A stretch of 64,000 nucleotides of DNA from an uncultured Pelagibacteraceae bacterium. Its GTDB lineage: Bacteria > Pseudomonadota > Alphaproteobacteria > Pelagibacterales > AG-422-B15. Below, in pieces: positions 54,557 through 64,000 of this stretch. The stretch spans positions 17,259 through 81,258 of the forward strand of contig CABYIR010000003.1 of NCBI GenBank assembly GCA_902518955.1, in the 5' to 3' direction. A model generated the notes under the pieces. That model saw only the letters and a list, made by a program, of their open reading frames with translations, had not been told where the DNA came from and did no database searches. Both the position numbers and the translations under genes were made by a program. Numbering within the stretch: the first letter of the stretch is position 1; each line of letters starts with the position of its first letter.

Positions 54557-55363
54557 ATGCCAAATAAAATAAAATTTCATATTGATAAAAATAATGTAGC
54601 TGTTTTAACATTGAATGACCCTGAAAGACTGAATGCTCTTTCTTTGGAAATGTTAACTGAGATACATGAACAAATTAAACTTATCAATGCCGGTAAAACA
54701 AGTGCGAGGTGTCTTGTAATTACGGGAGAAGGACGAGGGTTTTGTGCTGGGGCTAATTTAATCGATACAAATGCCGCTCCATCTGAAAGTGGTAATCCAA
54801 TGGATAGAGATTTAGGAAAAGGATTGTTAACCCATTATCATCCAATGCTTATAGATTTAAAAAATTTAGAAATACCTGTTATTACTGCAATTAATGGTGT
54901 TGCAGCTGGCGCAGGATGTTCACTAGGCATCATTGGTGATCTAATATTTGCTACTGATAAATCATATTTCTATCAGGCTTTTAAATTTATTGGATTAGTT
55001 CCAGATGCCGGATCGACATATATACTTCCTCGAAAAATTGGCATGGCAAGAGCTATAGAATTATCAATGTTGGGAGAAAAAATAACAGCTGAAAAGGCTC
55101 TTTCATGGGGATTAATAAATTTTGTTTATGATCAAGAAAATTTAATGAAAGAGACGATTAAGACTGCCACTGAGATCGCAAATGGGCCAACTATTGCTTA
55201 TAAATTAATGAGAAAACTGTACTGGGAAAGTTTAAGTAATGACTTTGAGACACAGCTAAACGCTGAAAGTAAAGCTCAAACAATAGCAGGTAAGACTGAA
55301 GACTGCTTTAATGGTGTTATGTCTTTTCTGCAAAAGAAGAAGCCTAACTTTAAAGGAAAATAA
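54557..55363 (+). CDS. Enoyl-CoA hydratase/isomerase (PaaG-like crotonase)
   Basis: RGFCAGANL, AINGVAAGAG, IGLVPDAG. Confidence 0.9.
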   Translation: MPNKIKFHIDKNNVAVLTLNDPERLNALSLEMLTEIHEQIKLINAGKTSARCLVITGEGRGFCAGANLIDTNAAPSESGNPMDRDLGKGLLTHYHPMLIDLKNLEIPVITAINGVAAGAGCSLGIIGDLIFATDKSYFYQAFKFIGLVPDAGSTYILPRKIGMARAIELSMLGEKITAEKALSWGLINFVYDQENLMKETIKTATEIANGPTIAYKLMRKLYWESLSNDFETQLNAESKAQTIAGKTEDCFNGVMSFLQKKKPNFKGK

Positions 55364-55365
55364 GT

Positions 55366-56463
55366 TTAATTATAATTACTTAGAAACTCTTCAGAAAAAC
55401 GCTGAAACCTTTTTTCTTCAATTGATGCCCTGATCTCTTTCATCAAATTTTGATAAAAATAAATATTATGTAAGGATAAAAGCATACCACCTAACATTTC
55501 TTTTGCATTAAATAAGTGATGAAGATATGCGGCTGAGTATGTGTTGCAAATAGGGTTGTCACTTTCAGGATCAATTGAGGAGTTTAATTGTTTAAATTTT
55601 GAATTTCGAATATTTATTGTCCCATTTTTTGTAAAAGCCTGCCCATTTCTTCCACTTCTGGTAGGAAGAACACAATCAAACATATCGACTCCTCTGGCAA
55701 CTGCACCGATAATATCATCAGGTTTGCCAACTCCCATTAAATACCTTGGCCTATTTTGTGGAAGAAGTAGACAAGTGTAGTCTAGAACTTTAAACATTTC
55801 ATCTTGAGATTCGCCTACAGCTAATCCCCCAACAGCATAACCATCAAAATCTAAATTAATTAGAGATCTTACTGATTCATCTCTTAAATCTGAATAAGTA
55901 CTTCCCTGAACGATGCCAAATAATTGATTCTGAGATCCAGTAAATGCATACTTACATCTTTCCGCCCATTTCATTGATAATCTCATTGAGTCACTTGCTT
56001 GGTCATGAGTTGCTGGGAAAGGGGTACACTCATCAAAGCACATAACAATATCTGAATTTAGATTTTTTTGAATTTCAATTGATTTTTCAGGAGTAACAAA
56101 GAATTTTTTACCATCAATATGTGATTTAAACTCTACTCCGTTGTCAGACAATTTTCTTAATTTTGATAATGAGAATACTTGATAACCACCTGAGTCAGTT
56201 AATATAGGTAAATGCCAATTCATAAAGTAGTGTAATCCGCCAAATTTACCGATTAAATCATCTCCAGGTCGAAGCATTAAATGATATGTATTTCCTAATA
56301 AAATCTCTGAACCGGTTTTTAAAAGATCGGGTGTTGTGACGGCTTTCACTGTTGCAGCGGTACCAACAGGCATAAATGTCGGAGTATTAATATTTCCATG
56401 AACTGTTTTCACGATACCTCTTCTAGCAAGGTGGTCACTATTTAATAATTCAAAATTACTCAT
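55366..56463 (-). CDS. tgt: Queuine tRNA-ribosyltransferase
   Basis: TPTFMPVGT, TDSGGYQ, GIVQG, RYLMGVG, DMFDCV. Confidence 0.97.
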   Translation of the reverse strand: MSNFELLNSDHLARRGIVKTVHGNINTPTFMPVGTAATVKAVTTPDLLKTGSEILLGNTYHLMLRPGDDLIGKFGGLHYFMNWHLPILTDSGGYQVFSLSKLRKLSDNGVEFKSHIDGKKFFVTPEKSIEIQKNLNSDIVMCFDECTPFPATHDQASDSMRLSMKWAERCKYAFTGSQNQLFGIVQGSTYSDLRDESVRSLINLDFDGYAVGGLAVGESQDEMFKVLDYTCLLLPQNRPRYLMGVGKPDDIIGAVARGVDMFDCVLPTRSGRNGQAFTKNGTINIRNSKFKQLNSSIDPESDNPICNTYSAAYLHHLFNAKEMLGGMLLSLHNIYFYQNLMKEIRASIEEKRFQRFSEEFLSNYN

Positions 56464-57469
56464 TACGATACAACAGGCTTACATCTCCATATGAAAAGAA
56501 ACGATAATCATTTTCTATAGCCACTCGGTATATAGATTGAATTTTATCTATGCCAGAAAATGCAGAAACTAAAAGCATCAAAGTTGACTTTGGTAAATGA
56601 AAATTTGTTAAAAGCATATCTACTACTTTAAATTTAAATCCAGGCTTAATAAAAATATCTGTTTTTCCACTAAATGGAGAAAGTTCACCGCTCAGTGCCG
56701 CGGACTCTAACAGTCTTAACGATGTTGTACCAACAGAAATTATTCTTCCTTTTTTTGATTTTTTTTCTTTTATCAACTCAATAACTTCATTTGAAATAAA
56801 CCCTATTTCACTATGCATTTTATGGTTTCCAATATTATCTCTAATTGGCATAAATGTTCCTGCCCCAACATGGAGTGTAATCTCAGCTAACTGATCTCTG
56901 TCTTTTATTTTATTAAATATTTCATTATTAAAATGAAGGCCAGCTGTGGGAGCTGCAATTGATCCATCATGACTTGCATAAACTGTTTGATAATCATTAA
57001 AATCTTTTTTATCACTATTTCTTGATTTTAGAATGTATGGAGGAAGAGGCATTTTACCAAAATTTCTAAATATTATATTCTCTTCTCCATTTATTTTTAT
57101 TATGAAGTCTCCTTCATGAGTCTTTTCTATAACATCAAGGAAATATGAATCGTCTAAAGAAATTTTATCACCTACATTTATTTTCTTTCCAGGTTTTATA
57201 AATGCTTTCCAAAGCGACTCTTTTATTTTTTTATGAAAAGTAACTCTGATCTCATTTGACTTGTGTTTTAGAGAGAAATAAGCTGGAATTACTTTGGAGT
57301 TATTCACCACAAGTAAGTCATTCTTTTCAATATAATTAAGGATATTATTGAAATTATCGTGATAAACAGGTTCGCTGCCAATTAATAATCTTGAAACATT
57401 TCGAGGCTGGATTGGCCTGCTTGCTATAAGTTCCTGCGGAAGATCAAAGTCAAAATGACTAATATCCAT
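56456..57469 (-). CDS. queA: SAM:tRNA ribosyltransferase-isomerase
   Basis: PLPPYI, YQTVYA, AAPTAGLHF, TNFHLPKST, YRFFSYGD. Confidence 0.97.
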   Translation of the reverse strand: MDISHFDFDLPQELIASRPIQPRNVSRLLIGSEPVYHDNFNNILNYIEKNDLLVVNNSKVIPAYFSLKHKSNEIRVTFHKKIKESLWKAFIKPGKKINVGDKISLDDSYFLDVIEKTHEGDFIIKINGEENIIFRNFGKMPLPPYILKSRNSDKKDFNDYQTVYASHDGSIAAPTAGLHFNNEIFNKIKDRDQLAEITLHVGAGTFMPIRDNIGNHKMHSEIGFISNEVIELIKEKKSKKGRIISVGTTSLRLLESAALSGELSPFSGKTDIFIKPGFKFKVVDMLLTNFHLPKSTLMLLVSAFSGIDKIQSIYRVAIENDYRFFSYGDVSLLYRNE

Positions 57470-57471
57470 AT

Positions 57472-58038
57472 TTATTCAATATCAGATAAAACTTTCACTG
57501 ATATCATTAAATCTGGATCTGTTACTTCACCATTTGATCCAGAGCCTACTTTAATGTTATCTACGTACTCCATTCCTGAAACCACTTGACCAAAAACCGT
57601 GTATTGTCCATCTAGATGTGGAGTTGGTCCAAAACAAATAAAAAACTGACTATTAGCTGAATTAGGATCCTGAGTTCGAGCCATGGAAACAGTTCCTCTT
57701 ACATGTGAGGTACTATTAAACTCCTGCATTAAATCAGGTTTACTTGATCCTCCAGTTCCATTACCAAATTGACCATCACCTGTTTGAGCCATAAAGCCAG
57801 GTATGACTCTATGAAAAGGAACTCCATCATAAAAACCTTCTCGAGCGAGTTCTTTAATTTGATTTACATGATTTGGTGCGATATCAGATAATAGTTCAAT
57901 TATTACATTGCCATCTTTTAATTCTATTTGAATTGTATTTTCTGGATCATTTGCCATATATAGACTTTCTTCAGCGTTAGCTAAGTTATTAAAAATAATA
58001 AATAATGAGAATATATATAGTATAAATTTTCTCATCAA
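57472..58038 (-). CDS. Periplasmic cyclophilin-type peptidyl-prolyl isomerase
   Basis: FHRVIPGFMAQTGD, SMART, SQFFIC; signal peptide. Confidence 0.94.
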   Translation of the reverse strand: MMRKFILYIFSLFIIFNNLANAEESLYMANDPENTIQIELKDGNVIIELLSDIAPNHVNQIKELAREGFYDGVPFHRVIPGFMAQTGDGQFGNGTGGSSKPDLMQEFNSTSHVRGTVSMARTQDPNSANSQFFICFGPTPHLDGQYTVFGQVVSGMEYVDNIKVGSGSNGEVTDPDLMISVKVLSDIE

Positions 58039-58040
58039 AG

Positions 58041-58523
58041 TTAATTATTAAACTTTTCCTTCAGTTTTCCTGATACATAATCAGTAGTAAAATTAGAAAT
58101 GTCTCCATTTAATCTAGCTATATCTCTAATAAAATTAGAAGATATTGATTGTCTTTGAGCGTCAGCCATTAAAAAAACTGTTTCAATTTCAGAATTCAAT
58201 TGACGGTTCATTCCCACCATTTGAAATTCATATTCGAAGTCAGAAACAACCCTTAACCCTCTTACAATAACCTGAGCATTTAGTGATTTAGCAAACTCAA
58301 CCAAAAGATTATCAAATGCAACGACCTCTACTGAAGAACTACTTGAAAATTCATTATCGATCATATCTTTGCGCTCATTAAGTGAAAATAAAGGATTTTT
58401 ATGAGGGCTGTCTGCTACAGCAATATACAGCTTATCGACAAATCTTAAAGCTCTATTAACTACGTCAATATGACCTTTATGAATCGGATCAAAGCTGCCT
58501 GGATATACCCCTATTTTTTCCAT
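58041..58523 (-). CDS. coaD: Phosphopantetheine adenylyltransferase
   Basis: YPGSFDPIHKGH, RGLR..SDFEYE, ISS. Confidence 0.96.
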   Translation of the reverse strand: MEKIGVYPGSFDPIHKGHIDVVNRALRFVDKLYIAVADSPHKNPLFSLNERKDMIDNEFSSSSSVEVVAFDNLLVEFAKSLNAQVIVRGLRVVSDFEYEFQMVGMNRQLNSEIETVFLMADAQRQSISSNFIRDIARLNGDISNFTTDYVSGKLKEKFNN

Positions 58524-58561
58524 ACAGAATTATATATTGAATAAAAATAATCCTCTACCAA

Positions 58562-61258
58562 TTAATTTTCTATTTCAACTCGAGAAGCTGAAACGACTTT
58601 TTCACTATCTGATGTTTTAAATATACTTACTCCTTGAGTATTTCTCCCAGCAACTCTTATATCTATAACTGGACATCTAATCAATTGGCCTGACTTTGTG
58701 ATTAGCATTATATCGTCATCATGTCCAACTGGGAATGAGGCTAAAACATTTCCATTTCGCGACGAAGTGGTTATACACATAATTCCTGAACCACCTCTAT
58801 TGGTAACTCTAAATTGATATGAAGATGTTCTTTTTCCAAATCCATTTTCAGTTACCGTCAGAACAAATTGTTCACACGCTTTCATTTCTTGAAAACGATC
58901 TTCTGATAATTTAATATCTTCTATTTCTTCTTTAGAATCCTCTTCATTGTCATCATTATCTTCTTTAGTTGCTTTATTCATTTTTAAGTAGGCCTTTGCC
59001 TCAGCTGAAGTTACATCTAGATGGGATAATATTGATAATGATATAATTGAGTCATTTTCTGCTAATTTAATGCCCCTTACTCCAATTGAAGACCGACTTT
59101 TTGTTGTTCGCAATTTTGAAACAGGCGTCCTAATACATTTTCCTTCTTTTGTAGAAAGTAATACGTCATCATTTTCAGTGCAGATTTTAACACTAACTAT
59201 TTTATTTGAATTACTTAGTTTCATTGCAATTTTTCCGTTAGCTTGAATATTTTTAAAATCATCAATACTATTTTTTCTAATACTGCCGTCAGCGGTAGCA
59301 AATATTAAAAAATTATCATCTTTGGAGGCTCTATTTTCTGGCATGACAAGTATACTTGATAGTTGATCGTCTTGTTTCAAATTTAATAAATTTATAATTG
59401 CTTTACCTTTTGCTGTTGGCGATGATTCTGGTATCTTCCATGTTTTAAGTTTGTACACGATGCCACTTGATGAAAAAAATAACATATTGTCATGGGTACT
59501 AGAGGTAAAAACTTGCGTCACAAAATCTTCATCGTTTGTTTTCATTCCTGATCTACCTTTACCACCTCTTTTTTGGGCACGGTACATTTCTAGAGGAACT
59601 CTTTTTATATAGCCGGAATTAGTAATACTAATCACCATATCACTTCTTTGAACAAGGTCTTCTTGATCTATGTCTGAAGCCTCATGGTCAGCAATTTCAG
59701 TCTTTCTTGGAGATGAGAATTCTTTTTTTACATTCTCTAATTCGTCCTTAATAACAGATTGTAATTTATTTTTATCTCTTAAAATTGATAAATACTCATT
59801 TATATTATCTGATAAGGTTTTTAATTCTTCTTCCAACTCCCCTTTACCTAATGCCGTAAGCCTCTGAAGCCGTAATTCTAAAATAGACTTGGCTTGATCC
59901 TCAGTTAAATAAATATCTTTATCATTTTTAATTTGCCTTGGATCATCAATTAATTCCAAAATATCTTTTATATCAGAGCTCTTCCATTTTGTTTTAAGCA
60001 ACTCTATTTTAGCAGAGCTAGGGTCCCTAGAACTTTTTATGATTTCGATAACTTGATCTACATTGGAAATAGCAATCGCTAGCCCCGTTAAGACATGCGC
60101 TCGATCTCTGGCTTTATTTAAATCATACCTAGTTCTAAGAGAAATAATTTCTTCTCGGTGATTTATGAAATGCCTTAAGAAATCTTTTATGTTCATCAAC
60201 TCTGGCTTTTGATCGTTGAGAGCTAGAGCATTAACACCATATGAACTTTGCAAAGGCGTGAACTTGTATAATTTATTTAAAATTACTTGTGCGATAACTC
60301 CTTTTTTAAGTTCAACGACTACTCTGACACCTTGTCGGTCAGACTCATCTCTCAAGTCACTGATCCCTTCAATTTTTTTATCTCTTACAAGCTCAGCTAT
60401 CTTTTCAATTAAAGATGATTTATTTACTTGATAAGGCAACTCTGTAAAAATAATTGCTTCACGGTCACTTTTAAATTCTTCAAAAGTTGATTTAGCTTGA
60501 ACAATAATCGATCCTCTTCCACTGTTTTGTGAGTCTTTAATCCCTTTTGTGCCAACTATTTTTCCTCCTGTAGGAAAGTCTGGTCCTTTTATTATATCGT
60601 TTATCTTTTCAAAAGAAATTTCTTGATCATCTATATAAGCAACGCATGCATCAATAACTTCACCTAGATTATGTGGCAATATATTAGTAGCCATTCCAAC
60701 TGCAATTCCACCTGCTCCATTAACAAGTAGATTTGGATATTTCGCTGGTAGTACTATTGGCTCACTTTCACTTTCATCATAATTAGGCCTGTATTCAACA
60801 GTATCTTTTTCAATATCCTCGAGTAGAAATTTAGATATTTTTGCCATGCGGACTTCTGTATACCTCATTGCCGCCGCTCGATCTCCGTCCATCGAACCAA
60901 AATTACCCTGACCATCAAGCAGAGGAACTCTCATAGAAAAATCTTGTGCCAATCTAACGAGCGCATCATATACAGCTTGATCACCATGGGGGTGATATTT
61001 ACCAATTACATCACCGACTACCCTAGCGCTCTTTCTATGCTGCTTATTCCATTCATATCCAGCCTCATGCATTGCATACAAAATTCTTCTATGAACAGGC
61101 TTTAGTCCGTCTCTTACATCAGGCAATGCTCTGCTCACGATTACACTCATCGCGTAATCTAAGTAAGATTTTTGCATCTCGTCATCGATAGGAATCGGTG
61201 AAATAGATGTAATTTCTTTAGTTACACTTTTACTATTTTGATCGTTTGAATCAGTCAA
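58562..61258 (-). CDS. gyrA: DNA gyrase subunit A
   Basis: [17 protein letters not shown], GyrA-box QKRGGKG; TTG start. Confidence 0.97.
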   Translation of the reverse strand: MTDSNDQNSKSVTKEITSISPIPIDDEMQKSYLDYAMSVIVSRALPDVRDGLKPVHRRILYAMHEAGYEWNKQHRKSARVVGDVIGKYHPHGDQAVYDALVRLAQDFSMRVPLLDGQGNFGSMDGDRAAAMRYTEVRMAKISKFLLEDIEKDTVEYRPNYDESESEPIVLPAKYPNLLVNGAGGIAVGMATNILPHNLGEVIDACVAYIDDQEISFEKINDIIKGPDFPTGGKIVGTKGIKDSQNSGRGSIIVQAKSTFEEFKSDREAIIFTELPYQVNKSSLIEKIAELVRDKKIEGISDLRDESDRQGVRVVVELKKGVIAQVILNKLYKFTPLQSSYGVNALALNDQKPELMNIKDFLRHFINHREEIISLRTRYDLNKARDRAHVLTGLAIAISNVDQVIEIIKSSRDPSSAKIELLKTKWKSSDIKDILELIDDPRQIKNDKDIYLTEDQAKSILELRLQRLTALGKGELEEELKTLSDNINEYLSILRDKNKLQSVIKDELENVKKEFSSPRKTEIADHEASDIDQEDLVQRSDMVISITNSGYIKRVPLEMYRAQKRGGKGRSGMKTNDEDFVTQVFTSSTHDNMLFFSSSGIVYKLKTWKIPESSPTAKGKAIINLLNLKQDDQLSSILVMPENRASKDDNFLIFATADGSIRKNSIDDFKNIQANGKIAMKLSNSNKIVSVKICTENDDVLLSTKEGKCIRTPVSKLRTTKSRSSIGVRGIKLAENDSIISLSILSHLDVTSAEAKAYLKMNKATKEDNDDNEEDSKEEIEDIKLSEDRFQEMKACEQFVLTVTENGFGKRTSSYQFRVTNRGGSGIMCITTSSRNGNVLASFPVGHDDDIMLITKSGQLIRCPVIDIRVAGRNTQGVSIFKTSDSEKVVSASRVEIEN

Positions 61259-61369
61259 TTTAAAGCCCTAAATAGTGGTTAATAATTAGCCAAAAACAGC
61301 CAAATATGAAGCATTTTTTATGATTAACATTGTAAAGAATTATAGCAGAAAAATGACAATTAAGCCATT

Positions 61370-61837
61370 TTAAAAGGGAATTTCATCATCAATATCCAAG
61401 TCATCAGAAGAAGAAAAATTGCTATCCTGAGACATATCTTGATCAATTTGAGGCGAAGATTCACCACCAAAGTCATTGGAGCCTCCTCTACTATCAAGCA
61501 TTGTCATAGTTCCATTATAATTTGCAAGAACAACCTCTGTGGTATATTTTTCAACTCCATTATTATCAGTGAACTTCCTTGTTTGAAGTTGTCCTTCAAT
61601 ATATATTTTAGAGCCTTTCTTAAGGTAATTCTCAACAACACCCGCTAAACCATCGTTAAATATAACTATTCTGTGCCATTGAGTTTTATCTCTTTTCTCT
61701 CCTGTACTTTTATCTTTCCAGGATTCTGAAGTTGCAAGACTCAACTGGGCCAGTTTTTTTCCATCTTGTGTCTGTCTTATAATGGGGTCAGCCCCTAAAT
61801 TGCCAATAAGCATAACTTTGTTTAAACTTGACGCCAT
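61370..61837 (-). CDS. ssb: Single-stranded DNA-binding protein
   Basis: SLNKVMLIGNLG, WHRIV, DDEIPF tail. Confidence 0.97.
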   Translation of the reverse strand: MASSLNKVMLIGNLGADPIIRQTQDGKKLAQLSLATSESWKDKSTGEKRDKTQWHRIVIFNDGLAGVVENYLKKGSKIYIEGQLQTRKFTDNNGVEKYTTEVVLANYNGTMTMLDSRGGSNDFGGESSPQIDQDMSQDSNFSSSDDLDIDDEIPF

Positions 61838-61947
61838 GTATATAAATTAACTATTTAATATCTTGGTGTATACAAAAAAACAAAGATAATTATTTTATTC
61901 ACAGCTATCTTTAAGTCTAAATAAATCAAACTAATTATAATGTTGAG

Positions 61948-64000
61948 ATGAACAAAAATATTTCAATTCAAGGAGCAAGAGAACATAATCTAAAAAATAT
62001 TAATGTTAAGATTCCAAGAGATAAACTGACAATAATAACTGGCCTTTCAGGCTCCGGAAAATCATCTTTAGCCTTTGATACTATATACGCAGAAGGCCAA
62101 AGAAGATACGTCGAAAGTCTATCGGCGTATGCAAGACAATTTCTTCAGATGATGCAAAAACCTGATGTTGATTTAATTGAGGGATTAAGTCCAGCAATAT
62201 CAATTGAACAAAAAACAACTTCTAAGAATCCAAGATCAACTGTTGGAACTGTTACAGAGATATATGATTACTTGCGCTTGCTATATGCTCGAATTGGTAT
62301 TCCTTATTCTCCTACAACCGGCCTGCCAATAAAAAGTCAAACTGTTACTCAAATGGTAGATAGAATTGGATCAAGACCTGAAGGTTCAAAATTCCTAATA
62401 CTAGCGCCAATAGTAAGAGGACGAAAAGGTGAGTATAAAAAAGAACTATCAGATCTTCAGAAAAAAGGATTTCAGAGAGTAAAAATTGATGGAGAACAAT
62501 ATGAGTTTGACTCACTTCCTGATTTAGATAAAAAAAAGAAACACGATATATCAGTAGTAGTCGATAGAATTTCTCTATCAAAAGATTTAGGTAATCGGCT
62601 AGCAGACAGCATCGAAACGGCACTTAATATTGCAGATGGAATAGTAATAATTGAAGATTATGAAAAAAATGGAAAAGCTCCAAAAGAGGAAATTTTTTCC
62701 TCTAAATTTGCTTGTCCCGTTTCAGGCTTCACAATTGAAGAAATTGAGCCAAGATTATTTTCTTTTAATAATCCATACGGTGCCTGTCCTGAATGTGATG
62801 GAATAGGTACAGATCTATCAATTGATTTAAAACTAGTAATTCCAGATAAAAATTTATCAATTAACGAAGGTGCAATAGCTCCATGGCCAATCGCTACATC
62901 TAGTTACTATAAGCAAGTCTGTGAGAGCATATCAAAGCATTTTAAGTTTTCACTTGATACGCCTTGGAAAAAACTTAGTAAAAATATTAGAGAGATTGTT
63001 CTTTTTGGTTCTGATGATGAAGTGAAATTTAAGTATGACGATGGTTATACGTATTATAAAGAATTTGAAGGGGTCGTTAATAATCTTGAAAGAAGATATT
63101 TAGAAACTGACAGTGATTGGATGAGGTCAAATATTGAAAAGTATCAAACTGAAAGCAATTGTCATGCCTGTGATGGCCTAAGACTCAAAAAAGAAGCTTT
63201 AGCTGTGAAGATTAATGGTCTGAACATTGGACAATTATGTCAAAAATCAATTAAGGAGTCTTTGTCTTGGTTTCAAAAACTTGAGAAAAATCTATCAAAA
63301 AAAGAAATTGAAATCTCGTATAGAATTTTAAAAGAGTTGAATGAAAGAGTAAATTTCTTAAATAATGTCGGTCTTGAATACCTTACTTTATCAAGGAATT
63401 CAGGAACTTTATCTGGCGGAGAGTCTCAACGCATTAGATTAGCTTCTCAAATTGGCTCAGGTCTCACTGGCGTGCTCTATGTTTTAGATGAGCCTTCAAT
63501 AGGATTGCACCAAAGAGACAATGCAAGATTACTTGAAACTTTAAAAAGACTTCGAAATCTTGGAAATACTGTCATTGTCGTAGAACATGATGAAGAAGCT
63601 ATGATCAACTCTGATCATATTATTGATTTAGGACCAGAAGCTGGAGTTAAAGGGGGTTTTGTTACTGCAACTGGAACTGCAAAAGAAATTATGAAAAATA
63701 AAAAAAGTTTAACTGGTCAATATTTATCAAAAAAAATGATTATTGATGTGCCAGTTAAAAGACGTGAGGCAAAAGATAATAAAAAAATAAATATAAAAGG
63801 TGCTTCTGGGAATAATCTTAAAAATGTTGATTGTGAAATCCCCTTGGGAACTCTTACATGCATTACAGGAGTTTCAGGAAGTGGCAAATCCACTCTTACT
63901 ATAAATACACTCTATAAAGCCATTGCAAAGGAATTAAATGGCTCCAATATTAATCCATCATCTTTTAAAACTATTGAGGGTATAAACAATCTAGACAAAG
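61948..64000 (+). CDS. uvrA: Excinuclease ABC subunit A (runs off the window; absent from the ORF track)
   Basis: Manual translation [47 protein letters not shown]; divergent from ssb. Confidence 0.97.
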   Translation, partial: MNKNISIQGAREHNLKNINVKIPRDKLTIITGLSGSGKSSLAFDTIYAEGQRRYVESLSAYARQFLQMMQKPDVDLIEGLSPAISIEQKTTSKNPRSTVGTVTEIYDYLRLLYARIGIPYSPTTGLPIKSQTVTQMVDRIGSRPEGSKFLILAPIVRGRKGEYKKELSDLQKKGFQRVKIDGEQYEFDSLPDLDKKKKHDISVVVDRISLSKDLGNRLADSIETALNIADGIVIIEDYEKNGKAPKEEIFSSKFACPVSGFTIEEIEPRLFSFNNPYGACPECDGIGTDLSIDLKLVIPDKNLSINEGAIAPWPIATSSYYKQVCESISKHFKFSLDTPWKKLSKNIREIVLFGSDDEVKFKYDDGYTYYKEFEGVVNNLERRYLETDSDWMRSNIEKYQTESNCHACDGLRLKKEALAVKINGLNIGQLCQKSIKESLSWFQKLEKNLSKKEIEISYRILKELNERVNFLNNVGLEYLTLSRNSGTLSGGESQRIRLASQIGSGLTGVLYVLDEPSIGLHQRDNARLLETLKRLRNLGNTVIVVEHDEEAMINSDHIIDLGPEAGVKGGFVTATGTAKEIMKNKKSLTGQYLSKKMIIDVPVKRREAKDNKKINIKGASGNNLKNVDCEIPLGTLTCITGVSGSGKSTLTINTLYKAIAKELNGSNINPSSFKTIEGINNLDK

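Noticed and set aside
58900-59000. Acidic insertion in the GyrA C-terminal domain; also Gln at the Ser83-equivalent position elsewhere in the gene
   Set aside because: Both are familiar alphaproteobacterial variations
61838-61947. Expected alphaproteobacterial LexA box (GTTC-N7-GTTC) between ssb and uvrA
   Set aside because: No convincing match found
62300-62730. Degenerate first zinc finger of UvrA (YSPTTG, CPVSG)
   Set aside because: Typical of alphaproteobacterial UvrA

Overview
AT-rich, gene-dense chromosome of a streamlined, probably marine, alphaproteobacterium. The taxon is inferred from protein style and synteny and is not proven. The core backbone is nuoA-N, tRNA-Asp/tRNA-Val, hup-lon-clpX-clpP-tig-tRNA-Leu, nnrD, glnB-glnII-glnA, parE, tgt-queA-ppi-coaD-gyrA-ssb and a partial uvrA. 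Two accessory blocks interrupt it. (i) About 17 kb lies between nuoA and the tRNA-Asp 3' end. It holds a 2003-aa PA14/14x Ig-like/autotransporter adhesin with a perfect 24-bp palindrome at its 5' end, a peroxiredoxin-methyltransferase-rhodanese / persulfide-dioxygenase sulfur module, several unknown proteins, and a degenerate copy of the tRNA-Asp 3' end. (ii) About 7 kb lies between tRNA-Leu and nnrD, with a lipoprotein, two SHOCT-tail proteins, galE, an unannotated DUF2256-like ORF and an esterase. The most unusual items are a PII protein whose uridylylation Tyr51 is Phe, upstream of both a type II and a type I glutamine synthetase; clustered non-canonical residues in the complex I quinone site; and scattered atuC/atuD-like genes. 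No CRISPR, integrase, transposase or rRNA was seen. All family calls come from motif recognition by eye, not database searches.
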